The notes below the pieces were generated by a model. It ran no database searches. It had not been told where the DNA came from and saw nothing but the letters and a program-made list of their open reading frames with translations. Of a stretch of DNA of 64,000 bases, positions 23,650 to 35,606 are shown piece after piece (position 1 is the first letter of the stretch; each line of letters begins with the position of its first letter). Origin of the DNA: Sminthopsis crassicaudata (taxonomy: Eukaryota); the NCBI RefSeq assembly GCF_048593235.1, contig NC_133620.1, positions 477,679,886 to 477,743,885 on the forward strand, in the 5' to 3' direction. The position numbers and the translations under genes were made by a program.

Positions 23650-23964
23650 GACAAGAAGAAAGAAGAGCAAGAACAAAAGGAAGGACAGAAAGAAGGGAGG
23701 AAGGAAGAACCAAGAGAAGGAAGAAAGAAAGGAGCAACAGCAAAGAGGAGAGGAAGAAATAAGAGGGGAGAAGAGAGGAAAGGAGGAAAAAGAGAAACAA
23801 AGGAAAAGANNNNNNNNNNNNNNNNNNNNNNNNNNNNNNNNNNNNNNNNNNNNNNNNNNNNNNNNNNNNNNNNNNNNNNNNNNNNNNNNNNNNNNNNNNN
23901 NNNNNNNNNNNNNNNNNNNNNNNNNNNNNNNNNNNNNNNNNNNNNNNNNNNNNNNNNNNNNNNN
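23650..23964. repeat. GA-rich purine tract running into a 155-N gap (23810-23964)
   Basis: AAGAAG/GGAAGG low-complexity sequence, then N. Confidence 0.9.
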
Positions 23965-25074
23965 GAGACAGGCTGGGAGAGGCAGGAAGGGCCATCAGCT
24001 GCCAGTGGGGAATGACTGGAGAAAACGTCCCCCCTCCCTGCACACGTCTCCTCCCCCAGATTCCGTCCTTAGGGTCTCCTTTGGACTCCCCAGCGAGTGC
24101 CGAGTGGAATCCACATTGTACAAGCAGGGTAATGATCCCCCCTCCCCCCCGCCCCCGTCCTGGACCAGAAATCCCACTGCTTGCAAACAGGGGGTAGGCA
24201 AGTCGGGAGGCGGTCGCCATCTTGGATACCAATGAGGTAACCTGCAGAGTCTGTGGCGTAATGACTACCGACAGGAGTGCGATACTGGGCATGTCACATC
24301 TCCATCCCCCTCAGTTTCTCTACTTGTGCAATGGGGAGTGAGTGTTTCGTAAGCCCCACCAGGCCCAGCCCGTCCTCACGGGCGGCCATTTCCCACCCCC
24401 CCTTCCCTGCCCATTTCTCAGCCTCGGGCAAGGAGTGCAGCCTGACCGAAGGGAGGGCCCTCACAGAGCTGTGGCTGCGAGGAAGGGGAGGGGGCTGAGG
24501 GCTCATCTGATCTAAGAGGGATCCTCAAGGGTTATTTTATTGAGGCAAAACCAGGCCCAGGAGAGAGCAAAGGCTTGCTCGAGGAGAGGAGGGCTGACCT
24601 GTGGATCAGAGGAAGAGGTCGGAGCCAAGATGAACTGGAAAGGGACATGAGGTAAAGAAGGGCAGGAGGCGAACGTGGAGCACTCTGGCCACGCCCCCAC
24701 GCCCTGGGCTAGCCCCGCACTCCTCAGGTAGTGCCTGCTGGCCACTGCACACGAGTCAGAGCTGCCATGGTTGGGCGAGGGCTCGAAGCGGGGCGCAGGG
24801 CTCGTCTTCCCTCCTCCCAGGAATAAGGGGTCAGCTCATGGCTCTTCCCAGCACTGCGCCGGCAACTCAGAATGCCCAGAAATGCTGGGCAGCTAGACCT
24901 CACACGCTGGCCAGTGGGCACGAAGCGGGCGTTCCTCGGCTGCCGGCTATATTTAGTTTTCGGTGAGCTTCCCGGGTGGGCGATGAGACTCTCTGTGTAT
25001 CATATCTCGTCTTTGGTCCTGCTCAGCAGCTGAGCAGCCGTGGGCTTCTCACTGCCCGAGTGCCCTAATGTCTG

Positions 25075-25640
25075 AAGGGAGACAAGAGACAGAGACACAC
25101 GGAGAGAGAGAGACAGAGAGAGAGACCAAGACAGAGAGGGGAAGAGACAGATAGGTAGAGACAAACAGAGACAGAGACAGAGAGACAGAGACAGAGACAG
25201 AGAGGGGAAGAGACAGATAGGCAGAGACAAACAGAGACAGAGACAGAGAGACAGAGACAGAGACCAAGACAGAGAGACAGAGACAGAGAGAGAGACCAAG
25301 ATAGAGAGGGGAAGAGACAGATAGGCAGAGACAAACAGAGACAGAGACAGAGAGACAGAGACAGAGACCAAGATAGAGAGGGGAAGAGACAGATAGGCAG
25401 AGACAAACAGAGACAGAGACAGAGAGACAGAGACAGAGACCAAGATAGAGAGGGGAAGAGACAGATAGGCAGAGACAAACAGAGACAGAGACAGAGAGAC
25501 AGAGACCAAGATAGAGAGGGGAAGAGACAGATAGGCAGAGACAAACAGAGACAGAGACAGAGAGACAGAGACAGAGACCAAGACAGAGAGGGGAAGAGAC
25601 AGATAGGCAGAGACAAACAGAGACAGACAGACAGACAGAC
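25075..25640. repeat. Complex (GAGACA)n microsatellite with ~65-70 bp higher-order unit
   Basis: GAGACCAAGATAGAGAGGGGAAGAGACAGATAGGCAGAGACAAACAGAGACAGAGACA repeated about 7 times. Confidence 0.97.
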
Positions 25641-26794
25641 ATAGGCACGAAGAAGAAAGAGATAGGGGCAGAAACAGAGGAACAGAGGAGAGACAAGACT
25701 CAGGCAGCTAGCATCACAGAAAGAGCCCTGCCAGAGAAGCCAGCAGACCTTCATGCCCAGAGTCAGTGACCTTTTTGTCCAGGCTGCCTCAGTTTCTCCA
25801 GGATTTCTGCTGCTCTATGACGGACAGCTTGGACAGTCTTGCCTTCTGGTACTCTAGCCTGGAGTGGTTGGTCAGCCCGGGCAGCTTTGGAGTCGGCCTT
25901 GTTTTTGGATTTTTTTTTAGAAGCTCCATTTGTTCGCTAGTTCCTCACCATCTCTTCCCAAGGCTTCAGGATCAAGCATGGCTGCTATGCGGGAAGCCGG
26001 GGCTCAAGCTCCCGTGGCTCTCCCATCTGCCCTGTGGGCTCCTCTGCCTTAGGAAGGGCAGGGGGCTTCACCTGCTCCCAAGAACGGACGTTTTCTCTGC
26101 TCTCCTTTGGGTCATTTCTCTATTGGATTCTCCCAAAGATGTGGCATCCCAGGGTTTGTGACCGACGAGCATTCCCAGGAGTATAAGATTAATGAAGGTA
26201 AACCAAAAAGGGAACAGAGGTTCGGATGCCCCAGCTCCGGGGCCTGGCCAGTGCTGACTATCTATATGCGTGGGATTTCTGGGAAGTGCCGGGAGAGGGT
26301 CATCAGGTCTCCCGGGAACAGACCATTGCACTCCCCATACAAGCCAGTCCCAATGCCAGTCTCAGGCTGGGAGGCAACTGGCAAAAGGGACTGACCTTTG
26401 AGGAAGTCAGCTCAGGGCCCCTTGCTGTGTGTGGGGCTGGATGGTGAGTCAAGCTGAGCTCAGCCTGGACCTGGGGGCTGGTCTCAGAGGAAGATCATGT
26501 ATGGCCCCCGTGTGGACCCTAGCCTTCCTGACTGCCTGATGGATGGACAATAGAAGGCTCTGTGGACCTGGCACACAGGACTGTGGAGGAGGGACCATTG
26601 CACAGATGAGGAGAATGAGTACTGCCCGGGGTCCCACAGCAGGATTAGCCAATCCCTATCACCACTGGGCAATAGCGAGAGAGGGGGGCCAGGTGGATCA
26701 GAAGGGCTCGGGCGGATATTCCAACAGGCGGGTGCATGGATGGTTGACCAGCAGCCAGCCCAAGCAGGGAGGGTACAGAGGTACAGGGCTCTGT

Positions 26795-28150
26795 GAAAAG
26801 CTGTCAGACAGTCATCCAAGCCATTTGGTGCTGGCTAAGAAATAGAGTAATGGATCAGTGGAATAGGTTCCGTTCACAAGACCCAATAGTCAATGGCTCT
26901 AATGGTCCATTGTTTGATAAACCCAAAGACCCCAGGTCTGGGATAAAAACTCACTATTGGACAAAAACTTCTGGGAAAATTGGAAATTAGTACAGCACAA
27001 ACTAGGCATTGACTCACACCTAACATCCTATACCAAGATAAGACTGAAATGAGTTCATGATTTAGTCATAAAAGGTGGTACTATGAGCAAACTAGGAGAA
27101 CAAGGGGTAGCCTACCTTTCAGATCTTTGGAGAAGAGCAGAATTTATGACATTGATGCACGAAGTGCAAAATAGATAATTCTGATTACATTCAATTAAAA
27201 ATGTTTTGTACAAACAAAATCAATGCAGCCAAGATTACAAAGGAGGCAGAAAGGTGAGGAAAGATTTTGTTCCTGATAAAGGCCTCATTTCCAAAATATA
27301 CAGAGAACTGACTCAAGTCTATAAGAACACAAGCCACTCCCCAATTGATAAATGGGCAAAGGATGTGAGTAGATCGTTTTCAGATGATGAAGTGAAAGTC
27401 ATTTCTAGTTATATGAAAAAAATGCTCTAAATCACTGATTAGATAAATGCGAGTTAAGACAACTCTGAGGTACCACTTCACACCTCTCAGATGAGCTGGC
27501 AGGAAAGGCCGATGACGAATGTTGGAGGGGCCGGGGGAAAACGGGGACACTGATACATTGTTGGTGGAGCGGTGAACGGATCCAGCCCTTCTGGAGGGCG
27601 ATCCGGAACTATGCCCAAAGGACTCTGAAACTGAATACTCCTGGACCTCACTACTAGGTCTGTACCCAAAAAGATCATAAAAAAGGGAAAGGACCCCCCT
27701 GTGCAGAGATGTCTGCGGCGGCTTTTTGTGGTGGCCAGAAACTGGAAACCGAGCGGATGCCCGTCTGCTGGAGACGTTATGGAATACTATGGTTCTGTAA
27801 GAAATGACCAGCGGGGGCAGTAGGGGGCGCAGTGGAGAGCGCCCCAGCCCTGAATTCAGGAGGCCCCGAGTTCAAATCTTAGACACTTAACCCGTCCTGG
27901 CTGTGAGACCCTGGGCGAGTCACTTAACCCCAGCGGGGGGGGCGGGGGGGATGAGCAGCAGGATGATGTCAGAGAGGCCCGGAGAGACTGGCAGGAGCTG
28001 ATGCTGAGGGAAGGGAGCAGGACCAGATGGTCGTACACGGCAACGCAACATGTTCGAGGCTTTCTCCAACAAGGGGGTGATCCGGCGAGCTCCAGTGGAG
28101 AGAGCCATCTCCTCTCAGAGGGGCCTGAGTGTGGAGCACAGCACTGGGGA
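26795..28150 (+). mobile_element. 5'-truncated, degraded LINE-1 (end of ORF2 plus start of 3' UTR), interrupted by a SINE
   Basis: The peptide IWCWLRNRVMDQWNR..LFDKPKD resembles the L1 ORF2p C-terminal region. Further L1 hallmarks are GATAAAGGCCTCATTTCCAAAATATAC, GAGGTACCACTTCACACCT and TTGTTGGTGGAG. L1 sequence resumes after the SINE (ATGAGCAGCAGGATGATGTCAGAGAGGCC). Multiple stops and frameshifts. Confidence 0.92.
27813..27950 (+). mobile_element. WSINE1-like marsupial CORE-SINE nested in L1
   Basis: GGGGCAGTAGGGGGCGCAGTGG..CCAGCCCTGAATTCAGGAGGCCCCGAGTTCAAATCT..AGACACTTAA..GTCACTTAACCCCAGC. Flanked by ATGACCAGC (27804-27812) and ATGAGCAGC (27951-27959), a probable target-site duplication. 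Confidence 0.88.
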
Positions 28151-31100
28151 ACTGGCCCAGGCCCACGGGAGGGGGCCGCGCGCTCAGCAGCTGGGCCGGA
28201 GGGCTTCCGGCCTCCAAGGCAGCCCCTCGGAGGACAGGACCGGCCCCCCTGGGCGGGGGGGGGGGGGGGGCCCTGAGGCCCGGCAGCCTGCCCCAGGCAG
28301 CGGCTCTTGCGTGGTCCGGCGGCCAGAGGGACATCCCGCAGACGGCGATGGCCCCGGCACAGTCAGCGCATGAGTTTGGGGCAGGAGGCTCCTCCCTCTC
28401 ACCGAGCCTCAAACGAGGTGAAAAAGGAGAGGATCGGCCTGGACGGGACCGGCAGCTGGAAGCAATCTGCCGGCCCAGCGGGGAGCCAGGAAGGGAAGGC
28501 CGGAGGCCTGGCCCAGCACCCAGCTCCCAGCCTGAAGCCATCGGCCCCAGCAGGCCGAGTGTGGGGCCGCCCCGGCATCTTCGGGGGGCCCCGGGGCTCT
28601 CCCGGGGCCGCCTGCCTTCCATCTCCCAGCTTCCGAGGTCCCAGCTCGGGCTCAGACACGCGCTTGTGGGCCTGGAGCTGGAAGAGACCTCCTCACACGA
28701 CCAAAAAGGAGCTGGAGTCCCAGAGCAGAGGCAAGGTCTGCCGGAGGGATTCGAATCCAGCTCCTTTCCTCTGCGCCCCTCCCCCAGCCAAGGCAGAGCC
28801 GGGAGGGCCCGGAGCGGCCCCCCTCGGGCATCCCTGGCCTCCTCCAGCCGCCATAAAGCGGGGCTCGGGAGCCGAGGGGAGAGCAGGGCGTCTCTGTCCT
28901 TCCCCCACCAGCCAGCTCATCAGTCACCGAGATTGAGTAACCCGCTGGGCCGGAAGGTGCTGGAAGACTTTAACCCAGAAGCAGGCTGGGAAGGCGCCCA
29001 GAGGCTCACGTCAGGAGCGCGGGGTGGTCCTGCAGACCTCGGGGAGCGTCCCTCCCCCGCCTCTGGGAAGGCCCCTGGAGACCCCGGAGCAGGAGCCCCT
29101 CCCCAGGGCTGCGGATTCTGGCGCCATCCGGCCGAGGCCTCCCCCTCGGGGCTCAGAGCTTCCCAAAGTCCTGGCCCCCCAGCTCAGAGTCCGGGAAGGG
29201 GTCTCCTCCGTCCGCCTGCGCCGCTGCATTTCACCCCAGGACTGACGAGGCTCCCGGACCGAGCCCCCTGCCAGCGCCGAAGGAGGGGCAGGGGATGCTG
29301 GAAGGGGCGGCCCCCCCCCATAGGCTCCCCCCGCCCCCCCCCCAGTCCCCTCCGCGTGTCCGCGAGCTCCCGTGGGAGGGCAGGGAGCCGGTGCTCTCCA
29401 CGCTGTGACTCGAACCAGGGTCTGGTAAAAGGAGCAGCGGGGGGCGGGGGCCCTCGGGGCCGGGGGACCAGCGGGGGGCTCCCTCGGTGCTCCCAGGTTA
29501 GCGCTGCCATTTCTCCGGTTTAGAAATCACCAGGGGTTCGGTGGTCCTGCACCCCAAGGACGGCCGCCGCAAGGGGGCGACGCTCTTGGGACGTCCGGTC
29601 TGCTCCCCCGTCTCTGAGCTCGGGGGCTCCTGGTCCCCGGTCCGTTCAAGCCCCCACGGAGGGCCTGGCACTGACTGGCACAGGGCCACGCGCTGAGCCT
29701 GTTTCAAGCGGGCAGGAGACAATAAGACAGAAAAGCCCTGGCTCAGCTGAGACTCCGGGGAAGGCGCTCACAAGGAGCCAGCGGGCGTCTGGGGGCAGAG
29801 AGCGGGGCCGAACACCGGCGGCAAACTCGCGGGGGGCGGGATGGGGGGTCGGACAGCGCCCGGGCCCTGGAAGGGGCACCCAAGCCCGCCGGTCATCAGC
29901 GCTGCCAGCCTGGACCGGCCCCCATCCCCCTCAGCCCCGGAATTCGGCCTCCTGGCGCCTGGGTCCAGGCTGTCAGAGGGGTTGGGGGCCTTCCCCCTGC
30001 CAGCGTGGGGGGGGCCGGTGGCTAATCAGGAAGCTGCCCCCACAGGGACCCACGAGACAAGGGGTGGCCACGGCCAGGTGCCCTCGTGGGTCACAGAGGT
30101 GGTCCAGAGGGGCCCTCCCCATGGGCACCGTGGGCTCTCCCAGGCCGGAGAAGCTCGGGGAATGCCCGCTGGGTCCTGGGCTCCCCATCCACCGCTCACC
30201 GCCACTCTGTCCCCAGTTCCTGGCACACGGCGGGCGTTTATGACGTGCATGTGGAGTGCGTGAAGGGCCTCGGTGCCCCTGGGGGGAGGGCAGGCTGGCA
30301 AAGCCTGCGGTGACAAGCAAGACTCTGAGCGGGCACGGGAAACGCCCGGCCCCAAGCCGACCGAGCCCCTCCCCTGGGAGCAGCGAAGAGAAACATCGGC
30401 CGGGCGCTCCCTAAAGGAGCCTCTGGAGGGGCGCGCTCTGGCTTGGAGAACCAAGGGGAGCCCGAGGCCCCGCCCGTCCTGCTGCCCCCCGACCTCCGGG
30501 GCAGAACCCCGCTCAGAGCTGCCGCCTTCCCCTCAAGTTGGAGAAAGGAAGCCTGCGCACAGAAGTCCCGCGCTGCAGAGTTCTGCCTTGGCTTGGTGAG
30601 GCTTTCGGCAAGAAGCATGGTTTTGGCGCCTGCTGTGTGCCAGCCTGCTGCTCCGGCTCCTCAGAGGGTCTAGCTGAGCCCGGGGCCCACGAAGGACGGT
30701 CACCCTCCTGCCAGGGAGGCCCAGTGTGCTGGCCACTGCCCGGATGGCTGCCCCGCCTGGCGCCCGGGCGACACGGGTGGTACGGAGACGCTGGATCTGA
30801 GGCCGCGAGCTCCTTCCTCCTCACCCTTCCCACTCACGCTGCAGAACCCGCCCTTTGCTCGGGGACTCCTTAATTCAGCGGCACGGCTGCTTTGTCTCCC
30901 CTGAGGCTGCGTGAGTGCCCCAGGGGCCCTTCTGGGGGCGCTGAGCTGCTGAGGAGAGGCTGGCACTTTGGAGGGCACTGGCACACTTCCTCCCTGGGAT
31001 GAGCCTCTGGAGTGGCTGAAGCTGGTCTGCGATGGCACCATGCTGGTCCTCCTCCTGCGTGGCGCGTCCTCAGCCCGCCCCCAGCTCTCCAGGGCCCTGG

Positions 31101-32479
31101 GCAGGGCACGTGTGATCCCATCCAGAGGCCTCGGACGTGGTCGCCCGCTGTGTGGAGCCCGGCCTGGGCGAGGGCAGGGGGCGGCTTTCTGCCTGGGATG
31201 CTATCTGTACCTGTAAGGGGCCAAGGGCCCTTCCCACATGGGCGGGGGGGGGGCCGCTGGCTGCTGAGGGTCTTGGGCAGGGGGAGGCAGCCCCACAGTC
31301 AGGTCTGCCCTTGTGGACTAGCCAGGATGGTCACAAAAGCTGGAGGAGATGGCTCTGCCCCCAGGGCCACCCCCTGCTCTCTCCTCAGAGCAAGGAGGCT
31401 GGTGGGAGGAAAGGGACTGCTGAGACCACCCACCAAGACAGGCAGGAGCCGGGCCGGGAGCAAAAAGCCCCAGACACAGGCGCCCAGGCCGGGCTGACAG
31501 CCCCGGCCCCCTCTGAGAAGCCAGCGGGGAGAGAAGGCCGGAAGTTTCGTTCTGGCTTATCCTGGAACACCAGCGTCCAATCAGGACATTAGGAGGAAGG
31601 AAAACATGTCAACCGGATGGCTGCTGGCCCGGAGTGGCCGTATATGGAGGAAAAACTCGCCTGGCCCCGGAGCGGGGGGGGGGGCATCCCACAGGCCAGT
31701 AAAGCTAAGCCCCCCCCCCCCCAGCACCGAGGCCCAGGGCATCAGCCTGGGAACCTGCCCCCCCCCCAGCTTGGTCCCCACCCAGCGATGGGTCGTTTGG
31801 AGAGCCCGCCCAGCACCTGAAGCGGGCAAGGGGACTGCCCCCAAAAGCAAGAGGTGCCGGGAGGGCTGGAAGCCGCCTTTGCGGCTCCGTCTGCGGGGAC
31901 TCGGCAGGGGCAGGACGCCAGCGCCCACGCCGGGTCCTTCTGCACTGGCCGCCAGCCCCGGTGCTCTCCCGGTCAGCGCCTCCCGGACCTGCTCTCTAAA
32001 GACCCAGGCAGCGACTGAGAAGGGGCAGGCGAAGCAGGGGCCTGAGAGCGGGGCCTCCATGGCGCAGGGAGGGAGGGGCCCAGGGGCAGCAGCCTCCCCA
32101 CCAGCGCCAGCTCAGTCCAAGCTTTTCTCCCCAAGTAAACCGTTCTCCGGGTGGGAGGGAAGCGTGAGAAGGCTGGACGAGCCCAGAGCCTCCTTCCTCA
32201 CGGAGCGCAGCCCGCCGGGAGGCCAACACACCGGGCCCGAGCCCGCAAGAAGGCTGAAGGCATTACTGAGAGCAGCAGCCACAAAGCATCCCTTTCCCAC
32301 CTGGCACAGGCCGCCCCACAGACGGCCTCCGGGGAGGAAGGGGCGAGCCCACGCCTGGGAAACATGGCAGAGGCGGTTCGTGTCTCCTCAGACAGGTCCC
32401 CGGGGGCCCCTCTGCTGTTCAGTTCCCAACGTCCAGGGCCAGTTCTGCCCTAAACCCACACTCGGCTCCCCTCTCTGCC

Positions 32480-33105
32480 GCCCCATCTGGCTCCCTCCTC
32501 CTCTGCCCCATCTGGCTCCCTCCGCTGCCCCATCTGGCTCCCTCCTGTGCTGCCCCATCTGGCTCCCTCCGCTGCCCCATCTGGCTCCCTCCTGTGCTGC
32601 CACATCTGGCTCCCTCCTCTACCACATCTGGCTCCCTTGTTCCCTGCCCCATCTGGCTCCCTCCTCTGCTGCCCCATCTGGCTCCCTTGTTCCCTGCCCC
32701 ATCTGGCTCCCTCCGCTGCCCCATCTGGCTCCCTCCTGTGCTGCCACATCTGGCTCCCTCCTCCGCTGCCCCATCTGGCTCCCTTGTTCCCTGCCCCATC
32801 TGGCTCCCTCCGCTGCCACATCTGGCTCCCTTGTTCCCTGCCCCATCTGGCTCCCTCCTCTGCTGCCACATCTGGCTCCCTCCTCTGCTGCCACATCTGG
32901 CTCCCTTGTTCCCTGCCCCATCTGGCTCCCTCCTCTGCTGCCACATCTGGCTCCCTCCTCCGCTGCCACATCTGGCTCCCTCCTCCGCTGCCCCATCTGG
33001 CTCCCTCCTGTGCTGCCACATCTGGCTCCCTCCTGTGCTGCCACATCTGGCTCCCTCCTCTGCTGCCCCATCTGGCTCCCTCCTCTGCCACATCTGGCTC
33101 CCTTC
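32480..33105. repeat. Minisatellite, 22-25 bp unit, 26 copies counted
   Basis: C(C/A)CATCTGGCTCCCTCCTCTGCTG core; variant spacers TCCTGTGCTG, TCCGCTG and TTGTTCCCTG. Confidence 0.97.
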
Positions 33106-35600
33106 GGCACGAGTGTGCTGTGTTGGGGGCTTCCTTCTGCGGGGACGCGGGCTCTTTACCTCACTCGTCACAAATGGACTTCGGGTCCCCACGCTGTGGG
33201 AGGCCTCGGCTTCTGGGGTGGGAATGGGGGGCATGTCTAGAGACAGGCCAAATTCAGGTGCTTTGAGAGAAGCTGGGGTGGGGGGGAAGGCAAGACAGAG
33301 ATGGCTTCCTCCCCCCCCCAGAAGGTGGGCCCCACCAGCCATCTGACTTATGCAAGCCCCCCACCCCCAGGACACCCCCAGAGGAGGGGGCGGGGAGGCA
33401 GCAGCAACGGGACATGGGGGGGGGGGCGCGGCGGAGGTCACGCCTCCTGACGCTGGCGTCCTGCCCCGCGGACTCTGGAGGACCAAGCAGGTCGAGACTT
33501 TGGAGAGCTCTGCCCGCCCCGTGACGTCACCAGACAAGCTGGGGAGAAGCAGCCCCCCAGGGTGGGAGGGGCTCTGTCGTCCTCCCCCCAGACCCCCCAG
33601 CTGACAAAGGAGGGAGCCGAGGCCCCGGGGGTCTCAGAGCCCAGGCCCCCCCTCCCGGGGCGCCGGTCAGTGCCTCCGCCCGTGGGATGTCACAGGACGA
33701 CGCGGCTCCGGCCCATCAGCCGCCCTGAGTGGAGGCCACAGCTTCCGTCGGGGCCGAGTGGAACGGCCCGTGGCTGGAGACGCGGCCGTGAAGGGGGCAG
33801 GAAGACACGTCCATCAGCGCCCCCCATCCCGGCCAGAAAGCCCCCCCCCCATGGCCGCGCTCCCATCGTCCCGGCGGTTCCTTAGCGCCAGTGTCCAGAT
33901 GGGGGTGATGTGGCCCAAGGGGAAAAACGGCCCCTGATGACCCGCAGACAATTCTGCCCCAGGAAGTGCTGGGAAGGGGCTGGAGGAGGGGGCCGGGCGA
34001 GCACCGTCTGTTCTCCTGTGGCGGCTCATGGAGCGCGGGGTCTCTCGGGGAGGGAGAGAGTCCAAGGTCAGACAAGGCTTCAAAGCCCAAGTCTTAGAGG
34101 GGCGAAGGAGCGCCTTCCCGAGGGGGTCACGGCCCAGGCAAAAGCGGGGCGGCAGGGGAAGGGAGGTCGAGGGCAGGACCGGGATGTGGGGCACAGGAGC
34201 CGGAGCCGGCGGGGTCCTTCACCCCACCCTCCACAGCCAGCCAGCAGCAGGAGCAGCTTCGGCCCTGCTCCAGCCGGGTCTTGGGGCCCCGTCCCCTCAG
34301 GCCTCTCGTGTCTGCCTCCGGGGAGGCAGCTCTCGGACCGCCAACCTCGCCAGCCCAACGGCCCTGCAGACCCTCAAACGCAACGTGTCCAAACCAGAAC
34401 TCCCCATCCCGACCCTCCCGGCGGGGCCACCCCCCGGGCCCAGCGCACAGGCCCCAGCCCCGTGCTTCCATCTCCTGCTCAGCCAGAGGTGCAAAGGGCA
34501 GGACTGTGGAGCAGCACCGGGCTCAGTCAGTCTAGTCCTACACCAAGGCGTTAACTCGCTGGAACGGAGACAAAGCTTCTCTAGTACTTGGTCCAGTTCT
34601 GCCACGTCGACGCCTCCGAAGGCTAGGCCGGCCCGGGGAGGAGCCGGACTGTGAAGGAGCCCATAAAAGCTCTGGGCTCCCGACCATTCTCGTGGCTGAA
34701 AGGAAGGCTGGGCCCGAGGCCTCCGGAAAGCCGGGCCACACGGCCCCGCTCTCGGCGGGGGAGCCGGAGGACAGGCCGGCCAGCACGAGGCCGGTGAACG
34801 GGGAATCTTTCTCAAAGTGCAGGAGGCGGGAGAGCCAGCAGGGCGGCTCTGTCTTGGAGTCCGGCCCCCTCCCAGATCTCTCAGATGCTCTGTTACAAGT
34901 GCGTCCTCAGAGACCCAGGTCTGGCCCAGGGGTGCAGCAGCCCTCGGGGCTCCCTGGCCCACAGAGCCTGCAGCAGGACTCGGCTGGGAGGACGGACACT
35001 TCCCTGGGAGCAGACGCACTCCCTGCAGGGCATCGCATGTAAGGGGCAGCACGGGGGCTCCTCGGGCGGCCTCTGAGCTGGCTCCCGCAGGGCCACCAAA
35101 GGGTGGCGGGGCCCTCGGCCGCCCACTCGCTGAGATCTCGGACCCTCTCGGGCCAGCCCAGCGCGGATTCCCTGCGACCCCCAAACCCAGCTGCGCTCTC
35201 GCGTCTCCGTGCCTCGGCTGAGTGCACCTGAAGCCCGTCCGTCCCAAAGGCCTCCTTCTCTGGGGAGCCCCCGTTCTGCCTGGTGTGGGCTCAGAAAGGC
35301 GCGGCCCCTCGGAGGCCCGGCCACTTGGAAAGGCCAGCGGGCAGGGCTGGGGCCGGCCCAGGGGTGCTCCCCGGCCCAGAGAAAGCCGAGAGACTCTGAC
35401 AGAAGCGCCTGGAGGCCGGGCTCGCCTCCCCCTCCTCTCCGGGACCAGAGATCAGCATCTGGATGGACCCTGGGCTTGTCCGGCCCCGGGGACGCCTCCC
35501 CCCAAGGAGCACCCACCCCAGGGAGCACCGCCGTGGGTCGGCCCCTCCCCTGAGGTCCCCAAGCTGAGCACGTGCAGGCTCCGAAGGCCCCGGAGGTCAC

Positions 35601-35606
35601 TTTATT
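35601..35606 (-). terminator. Polyadenylation signal of SLX9/FAM207A
   Basis: TTTATT on + (AATAAA on -), about 175 nt past the stop codon. Confidence 0.8.

Noticed and set aside
25000-25754. Hydrophobic SLSLSL ORFs resembling membrane proteins
   Set aside because: Reverse-strand readings of the (GAGACA)n satellite.
27860-27885. GAGTTCAAATC B-box as a possible tRNA gene (also at about 44325)
   Set aside because: It belongs to the tRNA-derived head of SINEs; no cloverleaf.
31606-33537. 544-aa and 372-aa ORFs
   Set aside because: Driven by the CATCTGGCTCCC minisatellite and GC-rich flanks; no splice or codon evidence.
34548-34640. Cluster of six restriction-type palindromes (GTTAAC, AAGCTT, AGTACT, GTCGAC, GGCCGGCC, CCCGGG) suggesting a polylinker
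   Set aside because: Spacing and intervening sequence do not resemble a vector MCS and no vector backbone is adjacent; likely chance.
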